Positions 38,017-46,557 of a DNA stretch of 64,000 nt are shown here, piece after piece. A program made the position numbers and the translations under genes. Origin of the DNA: Candidatus Eiseniibacteriota bacterium (lineage in GTDB: Bacteria > Eisenbacteria > RBG-16-71-46). The notes under the pieces were generated by a model. It ran no database searches, had not been told where the DNA came from, and saw only the letters and a program-made list of their open reading frames with translations. How positions within the stretch are numbered: the first letter of the stretch is position 1; every line of letters starts with the position of its first letter. The DNA is taken from NCBI GenBank assembly GCA_963744995.1, contig CAVUWA010000003.1:32001-96000 (forward strand). The letters run 5' to 3'.

Positions 38017-39657
38017 TCAGCCCGCCGGGGCGAGGTCACGGATCAGGTGGCGGGGATCGAGCTTCTCGCCGGTCGCATGGGAAAGCGTCTCATTCCACGG
38101 GCGGCGCCTGCCCGGGCGGAACACCCTTTCGATCATGAAGCGCCCGACCCGGGGATCCTCGACGTAGCGCGACCAGACGTCGGCGCCGCCGCCGAGCACG
38201 GTCCCCTGCAGATGATGCTGAAGTTGCGACGCGGTCATCTCGCCGAGCAGGTAGTTGTGGTAGTAGACCGGCGCCGCAGTGAAGTGGATCTTGCTCGCCC
38301 AGTCGGGGGCGTGGCGGTCCGCGGGCCGCGCGAGAAGCTGGAATCGCTCGACGAGATCCCACCACAGCGTGTCGAGATCCTGATCCGGGTCCGCATAGAG
38401 CGCCCGCTCCATGTGGCACATCACCAGAATCCAGCGTGCGGCGAGGAGCAGCTGCGCCCGCGTCGCCTCACGCGCCCCCGCCGCGATGCGCCCGGCCTCC
38501 GCACGCGGCACCCGGGCATAGCGTTCGAGCCACGCCGCGTTGCGCGAGAGCCGCCCGAACAGCATCGCCGTCGCCTCGGTGGTCATGATGTGCGCATGCG
38601 TACGAAGCAGGTACGGCAGGTCGCGCGACACGTGGGTTTCGTACGCGGCGTGACCCAGTTCGTGCAGCAGGGTACCCATCCATTTCTCGTCGGGGCGCAG
38701 ATTGCACAGCACCCGCACGTCACCCTCGCGATCCACCGGCATGCAGAACGCGTGCTGGCACTTGCCCGGACGCTCGTAGAGATCCGCACGCTTCATCACC
38801 GGGTGCACGTCCAGCCCGATCGCGTCGAAGAATGCGAGCGCCATGTCCTCGAGCGAGGCCTTCTCGAAATAGGCGTCGAGCTTCGTCTCGGTCGCCGGGG
38901 CCTGCTGGAAGAACGGATCGGCCATGTGCCACGGCCGCACGTCGGCGGAGGCGATGCCGAAGCGCTCCGCCAGCCGCGCATCGAGCTCCGCGCGCCATGC
39001 CTCGAACAGCGGCTGCGTCCCCTGCTCCACGCGGTCGAGGATGGCGAACAGCTCCGTGCGGTCGATCTCGCGCAGCTCGAGCATCATCGTGTAGTAGTCC
39101 GGGTAGCCGATACTCCGCGCGCTCTCGTTACGCAGCCGCACCAGGGCGAGCAGGTCGTTCACGATCGCCGCGCCAACCTGTTTGGACGCCTCCCATGCCC
39201 GTCGCCGCAGCGCGAGGTCGTCGGAACCGCGCAGGATCTCGAGAATCCGGTTGTCGGTGATCTTCTCGCCGTCGAGCTCGGCGCGGAACGTGTTCAGCCG
39301 GTGCTCGAGCGCTTTCTCCATGCGGACCGTGCGCTCGATGGTCTCGGGCGGCAGCTGATTCGGGCGGTGGTCGTTCACGAGCAGCGTGAGCTGACGAGCG
39401 AGCACCGGGTCGTCGACCCCGCCCGCCGCGGCGATCCCGTCGAGGAGCGCCCATGCCTCGGGGCGTGCGTACATCTGCTGGTACTTCGTGCCCAGCTCTG
39501 CGCCGAGCTCCGCGTAGCGCTGCTCGCCGGTGACGTTCACCTGCCACTCGGCTTCGTGATATTCGCGCGCCAGCGGCGCCTGCTCGGCGACGAAGTCGCG
39601 GATGAACCCCTCGAGCGCGGCTTCGCGCGCCTCGATGCTGTCGAGCGTGGACGACAT
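38017..39657 (-). CDS. M2/M3-type zinc metallopeptidase
   Basis: HELGH, downstream TTEA, WASKIH, YYHNY. Confidence 0.88.
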   Translation of the reverse strand: MSSTLDSIEAREAALEGFIRDFVAEQAPLAREYHEAEWQVNVTGEQRYAELGAELGTKYQQMYARPEAWALLDGIAAAGGVDDPVLARQLTLLVNDHRPNQLPPETIERTVRMEKALEHRLNTFRAELDGEKITDNRILEILRGSDDLALRRRAWEASKQVGAAIVNDLLALVRLRNESARSIGYPDYYTMMLELREIDRTELFAILDRVEQGTQPLFEAWRAELDARLAERFGIASADVRPWHMADPFFQQAPATETKLDAYFEKASLEDMALAFFDAIGLDVHPVMKRADLYERPGKCQHAFCMPVDREGDVRVLCNLRPDEKWMGTLLHELGHAAYETHVSRDLPYLLRTHAHIMTTEATAMLFGRLSRNAAWLERYARVPRAEAGRIAAGAREATRAQLLLAARWILVMCHMERALYADPDQDLDTLWWDLVERFQLLARPADRHAPDWASKIHFTAAPVYYHNYLLGEMTASQLQHHLQGTVLGGGADVWSRYVEDPRVGRFMIERVFRPGRRRPWNETLSHATGEKLDPRHLIRDLAPAG

Positions 39658-39676
39658 CGTGCCCCCCCCGGTGGAA

Positions 39677-40489
39677 TCAGCGTCTCGATGCGAGTCGGCG
39701 GTAGAGTTGCGGCCTGCGCGCGGCGAACAGGTCGGAGTAACGGCTGATGGACTTGTCGCGGGCCTCGTCCAGATCGATCCCGGTCGCCATCGCGCAGCTT
39801 TCGGACTTTCCGGCGCGCGCGAGCACCTCGCCCGCGGGCCCGACGATCTGGCTCTTCCCCGTGAACGTCAGCGTGCCGCCCGGACGCCGGTCGGCACCGG
39901 TGCGGTTCGCGGTGACGACATAGACCCGGTTTTCGATCGCACGTGTGCGGATCGCCTCGGTCGTGTTCGCGAACACCAGATTCGACGGATGCACGAGCAC
40001 GTCGGCGCCCATGAGCGCCAGCGCGCGCGACAACTCCGGGAAACGCCAGTCGAAGCAGATCATGAGCCCGATCTGCGCACGACCGACGCGGTGGATCGCG
40101 GGCGGCAGGTTGCCGGCCGAGAACCAGTGGCGCTCGCGGTCGAACAGGTGGAGCTTGCGGTACACGGCCCGCACTCCCGCCGGACCCACCAGCAGCGCGC
40201 TGTTGTAGACGCGGCCGCGGTGACGCTCGGGGAAACCGGCGACGTAGGTGCGGCGCTCGCGGCGTGCAGCGGACTTCAGAGCGCGGGCCGTGGGGCCGCT
40301 GCGGGCGTCTTCGGCCAGCGCCTGGACCTCGGCGTGGCTCGAGAACACGTAACCCGAAGACCAGAGTTCGGGTAGCACGACGAGATCGGCGTGGACGCCG
40401 GCCGCCAGGGCAAGGCCCCGCTCGAGATTCTCATCGACGCGCCCGAAACGCGGACGCCCCTGCACGAATGCCACGCGAAAACCCGCCAC
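39677..40489 (-). CDS. Carbon-nitrogen hydrolase (nitrilase superfamily)
   Basis: Catalytic triad motifs LPEL, YRKLHL, ICFDWRFPE. Confidence 0.92.
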   Translation of the reverse strand: MAGFRVAFVQGRPRFGRVDENLERGLALAAGVHADLVVLPELWSSGYVFSSHAEVQALAEDARSGPTARALKSAARRERRTYVAGFPERHRGRVYNSALLVGPAGVRAVYRKLHLFDRERHWFSAGNLPPAIHRVGRAQIGLMICFDWRFPELSRALALMGADVLVHPSNLVFANTTEAIRTRAIENRVYVVTANRTGADRRPGGTLTFTGKSQIVGPAGEVLARAGKSESCAMATGIDLDEARDKSISRYSDLFAARRPQLYRRLASRR

Positions 40490-40698
40490 GCACGGCAACG
40501 TAGCGGGTTTGGCGGCGCGGTCAAGCCGGGCCGGGCGTGCGGCCGGGCGGCCCCGCGGCGCGGCGGCAGGAAGCCACATGGCGCCCGGCATCCTGGTGCT
40601 GCCGGGCGCCCGGCGGGAGCTCAGGCCGCGCGCGGCGCGGCGCCCGTCCCGTGAACCGGACAGCCTGCGCGGCGCGCGCCCGGCGCGCCGTCACAGGT

Positions 40699-41223
40699 TC
40701 AGCCGACCGGCGCCGTATCGCCTGCGCCGAGCCCGGCCAGCGGCGCCCCGGCACTCTCCGGCAGGATCACCTCGCTCACCGCGGCGGCGTCTACCAGATG
40801 GACGCCGGCGCCGGTCAGCAGGACGAAGAAGCCCGTACCGAGCTGGTTCATGTAGTCGGAGACGCGCTGGGTCTCGCGGTGGAGCGGCATCCACACGCGG
40901 CCGCCGAGCTGGGTGCCGTCCATGAGCACGATCTCGGCCTCTTCCTCGCGCCACGGCAGGAAGCCGCGCGAGAAGATGTCACTCTGGAGCACCTGTCGGC
41001 CCGGCGTGACGCGCGTTACGCGCGACTTGTTGAAGAGGTGGCTGCGGCCCTCCTCACCCACCGCGACGGGCAGGAACGGCGCCGACTCGTTCAGCTTCTG
41101 GAGAATCGTCTGGTGCTGGCCGGATTCGGCGTCCAGATCGAGAAACACGAAACCCTGGACGCCCTGCCGGTCGCCCGACCAGATCGTCACCGGAATGCGG
41201 CGCTTCGGAATGTAGTGGTCCAA
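40699..41223 (-). CDS. Internally duplicated hypothetical protein (DUF6812-like)
   Basis: TTG after GGAGG; two repeats (GFVFL...KLNE..PFLPV and GRVWM...DYMNQ...FFVL). Confidence 0.7.
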   Translation of the reverse strand: MDHYIPKRRIPVTIWSGDRQGVQGFVFLDLDAESGQHQTILQKLNESAPFLPVAVGEEGRSHLFNKSRVTRVTPGRQVLQSDIFSRGFLPWREEEAEIVLMDGTQLGGRVWMPLHRETQRVSDYMNQLGTGFFVLLTGAGVHLVDAAAVSEVILPESAGAPLAGLGAGDTAPVG

Positions 41224-41370
41224 GATGACCTCCCGCCGGCCCTCCCGGCCGGCGCCTGATGTCGTTCGGATGCCGGACCGGGATGCCACCGGCGCCGGTT
41301 CCGATCGGGTGCCGCTGCGTGATCCGGCGCCCGCGTCATGCCGCGCTCCGCGCGACCCACGGGACGCCTT

Positions 41371-41387
41371 AGCAACAGGTCTGCCGA
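41371..41387 (-). promoter_or_regulatory. Putative sigma54 -24/-12 promoter
   Basis: Minus strand TCGGCAGACCTGTTGCT (GG-N10-GC, ending TTGCT). Confidence 0.5.
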
Positions 41388-41596
41388 AACGTGCGGATCA
41401 CGGAATGACCCTTTTGCGGGCCGTCCCGGGCGTTCATGCATGCAGACCGGGACGCGGGCCTTGCGCCGCGCCGGATTCGCGAGGCGTCTCCATTGCACGT
41501 TGCAACACGCGGTGGGCCGGGCGGGTGAGCTTTCCCGGGCGGTCGCGGCCGGGCGACGGCGGACCCGCGCGCGGGCCCTCTGCTACCTTGGCGGCC

Positions 41597-42661
41597 ATGG
41601 TCAAGTTCTCGGGGCTTCCCGACCCGCTCGAGCCACGGCGGCTGCGCGAGCGCGTGCTGCCGTTCGTGCTGCTCTATGCGTTCGCGTTCGTGCTGCGCGC
41701 CGCAGCCGCCTGGATCGCGGCCGGACCCGGCGCCACCCCCGCCGCGGGCGCGCTGCCCTGCGAGCAGGCCGCGTGGAACCTTGCGAACGGCCACGGCCTC
41801 GCCATCGGCGAGACGCTCGGCCGCTCACCGACCGCGCTCGTGCCGCCGCTGCTGCCGTGGCTGCTGCACTTCGTCTATCGCGTGTTCGGGCGCGACTACT
41901 TCGCGGCGCTCGTCGGCGAAGCGGCGCTGGCGGCCCTCGTGCCGCTGCTCGTGGCGCGGCTCGGCGCGCCGCTGTTCGGCGGCGTCGTGGGCTTCGTCGC
42001 CGGCATCGTCGTCGCCGCCGACCCGCTGCTGCTGTCGTTCGGCGGATCGCTCTACCCCGAGACCCTGCTTGCCGCCGTCATGTTGTGGGCGATGATCGTA
42101 TCCATCGAGTGGGTGCGCGGTCCGACCGGCCGCCGTGCGTTCTGGACCGGCATCGCATGGGGCGTGGCCGCGCTCGCCCACCCCGCCGCGCTGCCGCTGC
42201 CGTTCGTCACCCTGGCGTGGGCGTGGCTGCCGCTCGGGCTGCTGCTGGACGCCCGCACCGCGCGACGGCACATGATCTACGTGCTCGTCGGATGGGGGGT
42301 GGTCGTCGCACCGTGGGCGCTGCGGAACGTCCTCGTGCTCGGCGTGCTCGGCCCCGTGACGAGCGGCGTCCTGCCGCGCGAGAGCGCGGGGCTCACGGGG
42401 GCGCCCGGCACGCTGCTGCCGTGGTGGGTGATCGTGCTGCCGCTGGCACTCTGGGCCACAGCGCGCGTGCTGCGCGGGGCGCGACGGCTGTTCCAGTCAT
42501 ACCCGCTGCTGATCGTGGCCGTGCTGGTGGCAGCCGCGCTGGTCCTCTGGGGATCGTTCGTCGCGCCGCTGCCGCTCGAGCCGCTCATCGTGCTGTTCGC
42601 CGCGGCCGGAGGCGAGGAAGTCTGGCGCAGGTGGAGAAGGCGCGGGCGCGGGGCCGCGTAG
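41597..42661 (+). CDS. GT-C fold (ArnT/PMT-like) membrane glycosyltransferase-like protein
   Basis: AWNLANGHG, PPLLP, YPETL, PWALRN; many TM helices. Confidence 0.7.
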   Translation: MVKFSGLPDPLEPRRLRERVLPFVLLYAFAFVLRAAAAWIAAGPGATPAAGALPCEQAAWNLANGHGLAIGETLGRSPTALVPPLLPWLLHFVYRVFGRDYFAALVGEAALAALVPLLVARLGAPLFGGVVGFVAGIVVAADPLLLSFGGSLYPETLLAAVMLWAMIVSIEWVRGPTGRRAFWTGIAWGVAALAHPAALPLPFVTLAWAWLPLGLLLDARTARRHMIYVLVGWGVVVAPWALRNVLVLGVLGPVTSGVLPRESAGLTGAPGTLLPWWVIVLPLALWATARVLRGARRLFQSYPLLIVAVLVAAALVLWGSFVAPLPLEPLIVLFAAAGGEEVWRRWRRRGRGAA

Positions 42662-42689
42662 CGTCAGCGCCGCGGGTCGTCAGCTTTCT

Positions 42690-43277
42690 TCATGCCCCGC
42701 TCGCCCCTCCTTCCCAGTCCCGCCTCAACAGCCCGTACAGCCCCGAGTCGCTCACCTCGCCCTCGACGATCCAGCGCTCGCGCAGCAGGCCTTCGCGCAC
42801 GAAGCCGAGCCGCTCGAGGCTTCGCACCGAGCGCGCGTTGCGCGGATCCACGTCGGCCTCGATCCGGTTCAGGTCGAGCTCGCCGAACCCGTACGAGATC
42901 AACGCCGTGAGCGCCTCGCGCATGTAGCCCCCGCCCCAGAACGCGCGCGCCATGCAGTAGCCGATTTCGGCGCGGCGGCACTGCCAGTGGAAGTCGAACA
43001 GATTGCAGATCCCGATGATCCCTGCCCCGGTCCCGCGCTCCATGCCGAGGCGCAGGTGTTCGCCCTCCGGCATGGCGAGCAGGTCGCGCGTGATCATCTG
43101 GTGCGCCCTTTCGATCGACGCCCACGGTCCCGTGTTCATGTGGCGCATGACGTCGGGGTCGGAGAAGATCGCGAACAATCCCTCGGCGTCACCCGCCTGC
43201 AGCGGACGCAGCAGCAGCCGTGGCGTGGTGAGCGACACCCGATCGAAGGCGCGCGGCCCGCCGCCCGCCTCAGCCAT
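42690..43277 (-). CDS. GNAT acetyltransferase (RimJ/RimL family)
   Basis: TPRLLLR, AEIGY, WGGGYMREA, NARSVRSLERLGF. Confidence 0.92.
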   Translation of the reverse strand: MAEAGGGPRAFDRVSLTTPRLLLRPLQAGDAEGLFAIFSDPDVMRHMNTGPWASIERAHQMITRDLLAMPEGEHLRLGMERGTGAGIIGICNLFDFHWQCRRAEIGYCMARAFWGGGYMREALTALISYGFGELDLNRIEADVDPRNARSVRSLERLGFVREGLLRERWIVEGEVSDSGLYGLLRRDWEGGASGA

Positions 43278-43331
43278 GCGCGATCCATGCGGTGCGGCGG
43301 ACCGCGACGCAACGATGCGGGCCCGCTGCGG

Positions 43332-43613
43332 TCACGGCGTCACGTCCACGGTCGCCCCCGTGTACTTCGCCCACAGCAGAATCAGGTAGCCGATCGTCAC
43401 GGCCAGCGGGAAGCCGGTGTACTGGAAGACGTGGCTCTGGTTGCTCCGGATCTCGTTGGGCGGGATCTTCGAGAATACCCGGGCGCCGAACCGCACGTCG
43501 ATCCGCCCGTAGATCGAGATGATCGAGTACAGCACGAGCGCTCCGCCGATCGTGAACTGCGCCCACACCGGCAGCGAGTCCAGCATCGCGGACAACTGAC
43601 GCAGCATCCGCAT
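43332..43613 (-). CDS. Small two-TM hypothetical protein
   Basis: GAGG RBS; two hydrophobic segments. Confidence 0.65.
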   Translation of the reverse strand: MRMLRQLSAMLDSLPVWAQFTIGGALVLYSIISIYGRIDVRFGARVFSKIPPNEIRSNQSHVFQYTGFPLAVTIGYLILLWAKYTGATVDVTP

Positions 43614-43683
43614 CGCATCCCCCTCCTCTGCGGCCTGCGGCCGGCGCGTCCGGCGGTGCCGGGCCGCCGCGGGCGGATGGAAC

Positions 43684-44451
43684 TCACACGGCCCGGACGC
43701 CCAGCATCACGTCCAGCGCCGACTCCACGTGGATCGCGGCCGTGTCGTAGAACGGCACGCCGCCGTGTCCGTCCATGCGCAGCACCAGCGAAAGCTCGGT
43801 TCCCGCGATCAGCAGGCCTTCGACGCCCTCGTCGTCGCGCAGGCGCTCCAGGATGCGCAGCAATCCGGCGCGGGTCTCCTCCCTGACGACCCCGAGCAGC
43901 AGTTCGCCGAAGTACCGCTCGTGAATCCAGTCCTGCTCTTCGGCGCCCGGCGTCACGATCGCGATGCCGGCCGGCTCGAACACGTCCGGATAGAAGCGCC
44001 CGACCATGGTGAAACGCGTGCCGAACAGCGCGAGCCGTCCGCGGCCGTCGGCCCGGGCCCGCTCGCACGCGGCCTCGACGATGCTGATCAGCGGGATCCG
44101 CGACGCCTGCTGGACGGCATCGAAGACGATGTGGGGCGTGTTCGCGGCGATCAGCCCGAACTCGGCACCGGCGCGGGCCAGCGTCTCCACGCCGGCGGCG
44201 ACCTGGCGCGTCAGATCCTCCAGGCGGCCGGCGGTCACCGCGTCGACGGCCGGCTCGAGGTCGAGGCTGTTCACCAGGAACGCCGGGTAGTGGCCGTCGC
44301 CGGTCCGCTCGCGAAACCGCGAGACGATCATCTGGTAGTAGTCGACGGTCGATTCGGGGCCCAGGCCGCCGACGATGCCGAGGCGGCGCGGCGCGGCGCG
44401 CCCGAGGTCGGCCGCCCGGCCGGAGGACCCTCCCGCCTCCGCACGTCGCAC
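43684..44451 (-). CDS. Aspartate/glutamate racemase-family protein lacking catalytic cysteines
   Basis: GIVGGLGPESTVDYY, AANTPH, GTRFTM, AGTEL. Confidence 0.85.
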   Translation of the reverse strand: MRRAEAGGSSGRAADLGRAAPRRLGIVGGLGPESTVDYYQMIVSRFRERTGDGHYPAFLVNSLDLEPAVDAVTAGRLEDLTRQVAAGVETLARAGAEFGLIAANTPHIVFDAVQQASRIPLISIVEAACERARADGRGRLALFGTRFTMVGRFYPDVFEPAGIAIVTPGAEEQDWIHERYFGELLLGVVREETRAGLLRILERLRDDEGVEGLLIAGTELSLVLRMDGHGGVPFYDTAAIHVESALDVMLGVRAV

Positions 44452-44455
44452 GGCG

Positions 44456-45217
44456 TCAGTTCCTGTACTCCGGAGGCGGCAGGAACAGGCTCGCGTCCGG
44501 TGGGTTGCGATCCGCGCTGAGCGAGATCATCTCGTACATGGTCGTGCCGTTGTCGTAGACGCCCCAGGCCGGCACGCGCAGGTTGCCGAAGCGACGCAGC
44601 GGCCCGAGCGTGTAGCGATATTCCGGCGTCGCCTTGACGATCGGCTCCTTGCGCGCGTTGAGGATCACCCAGCCTCCCAGCGTGCCGTCCGGTCCGAGGA
44701 ACTCGATGCGTTTCGTTCCCGGGATGTCGCCCTCGCCGAAGCGCAGTTCGTAGAACGCATCGTCGGCGGCCACGGCGTGCACCAACCGGTAGAAGTTGAA
44801 CGGCGCACGCGCGAGGTCGCCGGCGAGCGCCTCGTCCGAACCGTAGGCGAAGGTGCCGTCCCGGAGCGTCCAGCGCCGGCCCTCGGGACTGTACACGCGG
44901 AGTTCGTGACGGATCTCGCTCTTGCGATCGGCCCGCGAGCGGGGGCCGGTGAAGTCGAGGGTCTCGTTCTCGACGTAGGTGTCCACGCGGTTCCATGGAT
45001 GCCACTCGTGCACGAGGTGGAGACTGTGCAGATTCGCCCAGATCTCCTTCCCGCCCATGGCCTCGACCATGGCCCTGGCATCGCGGATGGCGGCGGCATC
45101 TCCGCGCAGTCCGCCCGCGCCGCCGGATCCCGCCGTCTCCGTCGTCGCTCCCGTCGTTCCCCACGCGAGCACCGTCGCGGTCGCCACCGTCAGGATCACC
45201 CGTGTCGCAACGCGCAT
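44456..45217 (-). CDS. Secreted hypothetical protein
   Basis: Signal-like N-terminus; EAMGG motif; beta-rich. Confidence 0.7.
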   Translation of the reverse strand: MRVATRVILTVATATVLAWGTTGATTETAGSGGAGGLRGDAAAIRDARAMVEAMGGKEIWANLHSLHLVHEWHPWNRVDTYVENETLDFTGPRSRADRKSEIRHELRVYSPEGRRWTLRDGTFAYGSDEALAGDLARAPFNFYRLVHAVAADDAFYELRFGEGDIPGTKRIEFLGPDGTLGGWVILNARKEPIVKATPEYRYTLGPLRRFGNLRVPAWGVYDNGTTMYEMISLSADRNPPDASLFLPPPEYRN

Positions 45218-45306
45218 CTCGTCTGCCTCCCTCGTCGAGCCGCCGATTCCCCGCTCCCGGCACGTGCCGGAGGATGCCGAAGGGCGGCCACAGGTGTCTT
45301 CCCCGG

Positions 45307-46455
45307 TCACTTCGGTGCGTCGGATGCGAAGACGAATCGTTCGAGAAACGCGCGCGCGAACGGCGAGCGATCGACGGCCGCTTCGCTGAGGGGATTATCC
45401 CACCACACCCCTTCGCCGTTCGCCAGTACCGCGAATGCCAGATGTCGCTCGGGCACCAGCAGCAGCAGCGCCGAGTAGCCCGCCGCTTCGTCCCAGCCGG
45501 AGTGCCAGAGGAGCCGCACGCCGCGGACCTCCTGCACGAACCACCCGTACGCGTAGGGCAGCGGGCGTCCGTCCCGGCCCGCAGGCGGGGTGAACAGCTT
45601 CTTCATCACCGGTTTCGAGGCGAGGGTGCCCGCTTCCAGCGCCGCGGCGTACTTCGACAGATCGAGCACCGTGGACACCACCCCGGCGCCGCCGGCGATG
45701 GCGCGCTTGGGCGCGGGCCGCAGTCTCCACTGGCCGTTCTCGACGCCGTACCCGCGCGCCATGTCGAACCCCACCTCCATCTTGCTGCGATCCCACAGAC
45801 TCGCCACGGTGCGCGTCATCCCAGCCGGGCCGAGCACGTGCGCCTGGATCTGGCGCGCCAGCTCGTTCATCCCGCCCTCGATATCGGTCGAGTCGTTGAC
45901 CACCCATTCGAGGTAGCGCGAGAGGCGCGAGAACATGACCGGGTTGTACATGAACGCCCCGCCCGGAACGCCGTTCGAGGTATGGGTGAGCACGGTGCGC
46001 ACGGTGATCGGCGCGGCGCAGTCGAGGCGGCGCCCGAAAACCAGCTTCGAGGAGGCGAGCCAGTGACAGAAGTCCTCGAAGCCGGGCACGTCGGCCATGC
46101 GATCGTCGAGGCGGACGACCCCCTCTTCCTCGAGATCGAGGAACGTGAGGCCGACGAACGTCTTGGTGATCGAGGCGATCCAGAACGGCGTGTCGGGCGT
46201 GACCGGTACCCGCTCGTCCACGTCCGCGACCCCGAAGCCCTGCGCCCAGAGCAGCGTCCCGTCGCGGGTCACCGATACCGCCATGCCCGGGATCGCGTGC
46301 GCCCGCATCAGCGAATCGAGCGTGGCGCGGAACGCCGGGAACCCCGGCGTCGCCCCTGCGCCGGCGGCGGGCGCTGCAAGGAAGCTGATGACGAGCGCGG
46401 CGCAGGCGGCGGCGAGGCATCCGGCCGCCCTGGCGGAGGGGGTGATTCGGGCCAT
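45307..46455 (-). CDS. Secreted serine hydrolase (beta-lactamase/D-peptidase family)
   Basis: ASITK (SxxK), LTHTS, YNP, WHSG; signal peptide. Confidence 0.9.
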   Translation of the reverse strand: MARITPSARAAGCLAAACAALVISFLAAPAAGAGATPGFPAFRATLDSLMRAHAIPGMAVSVTRDGTLLWAQGFGVADVDERVPVTPDTPFWIASITKTFVGLTFLDLEEEGVVRLDDRMADVPGFEDFCHWLASSKLVFGRRLDCAAPITVRTVLTHTSNGVPGGAFMYNPVMFSRLSRYLEWVVNDSTDIEGGMNELARQIQAHVLGPAGMTRTVASLWDRSKMEVGFDMARGYGVENGQWRLRPAPKRAIAGGAGVVSTVLDLSKYAAALEAGTLASKPVMKKLFTPPAGRDGRPLPYAYGWFVQEVRGVRLLWHSGWDEAAGYSALLLLVPERHLAFAVLANGEGVWWDNPLSEAAVDRSPFARAFLERFVFASDAPK

Positions 46456-46557
46456 GGCTGACTTTCCTGCTGAGGTTGCGGACGAACTGCGTTTCGAGAT
46501 CGCGGCGCGGACGGTCGGGGACGCGGCGGCGGCGCGACCGCCTCGAGGGGCGCGGAG

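Noticed and set aside
43684..46455. D-amino-acid pathway joining the racemase-like gene, serine hydrolase and distant DgcN/A pair
   Set aside because: The racemase lacks catalytic residues and the loci are about 16 kb apart; no direct evidence.
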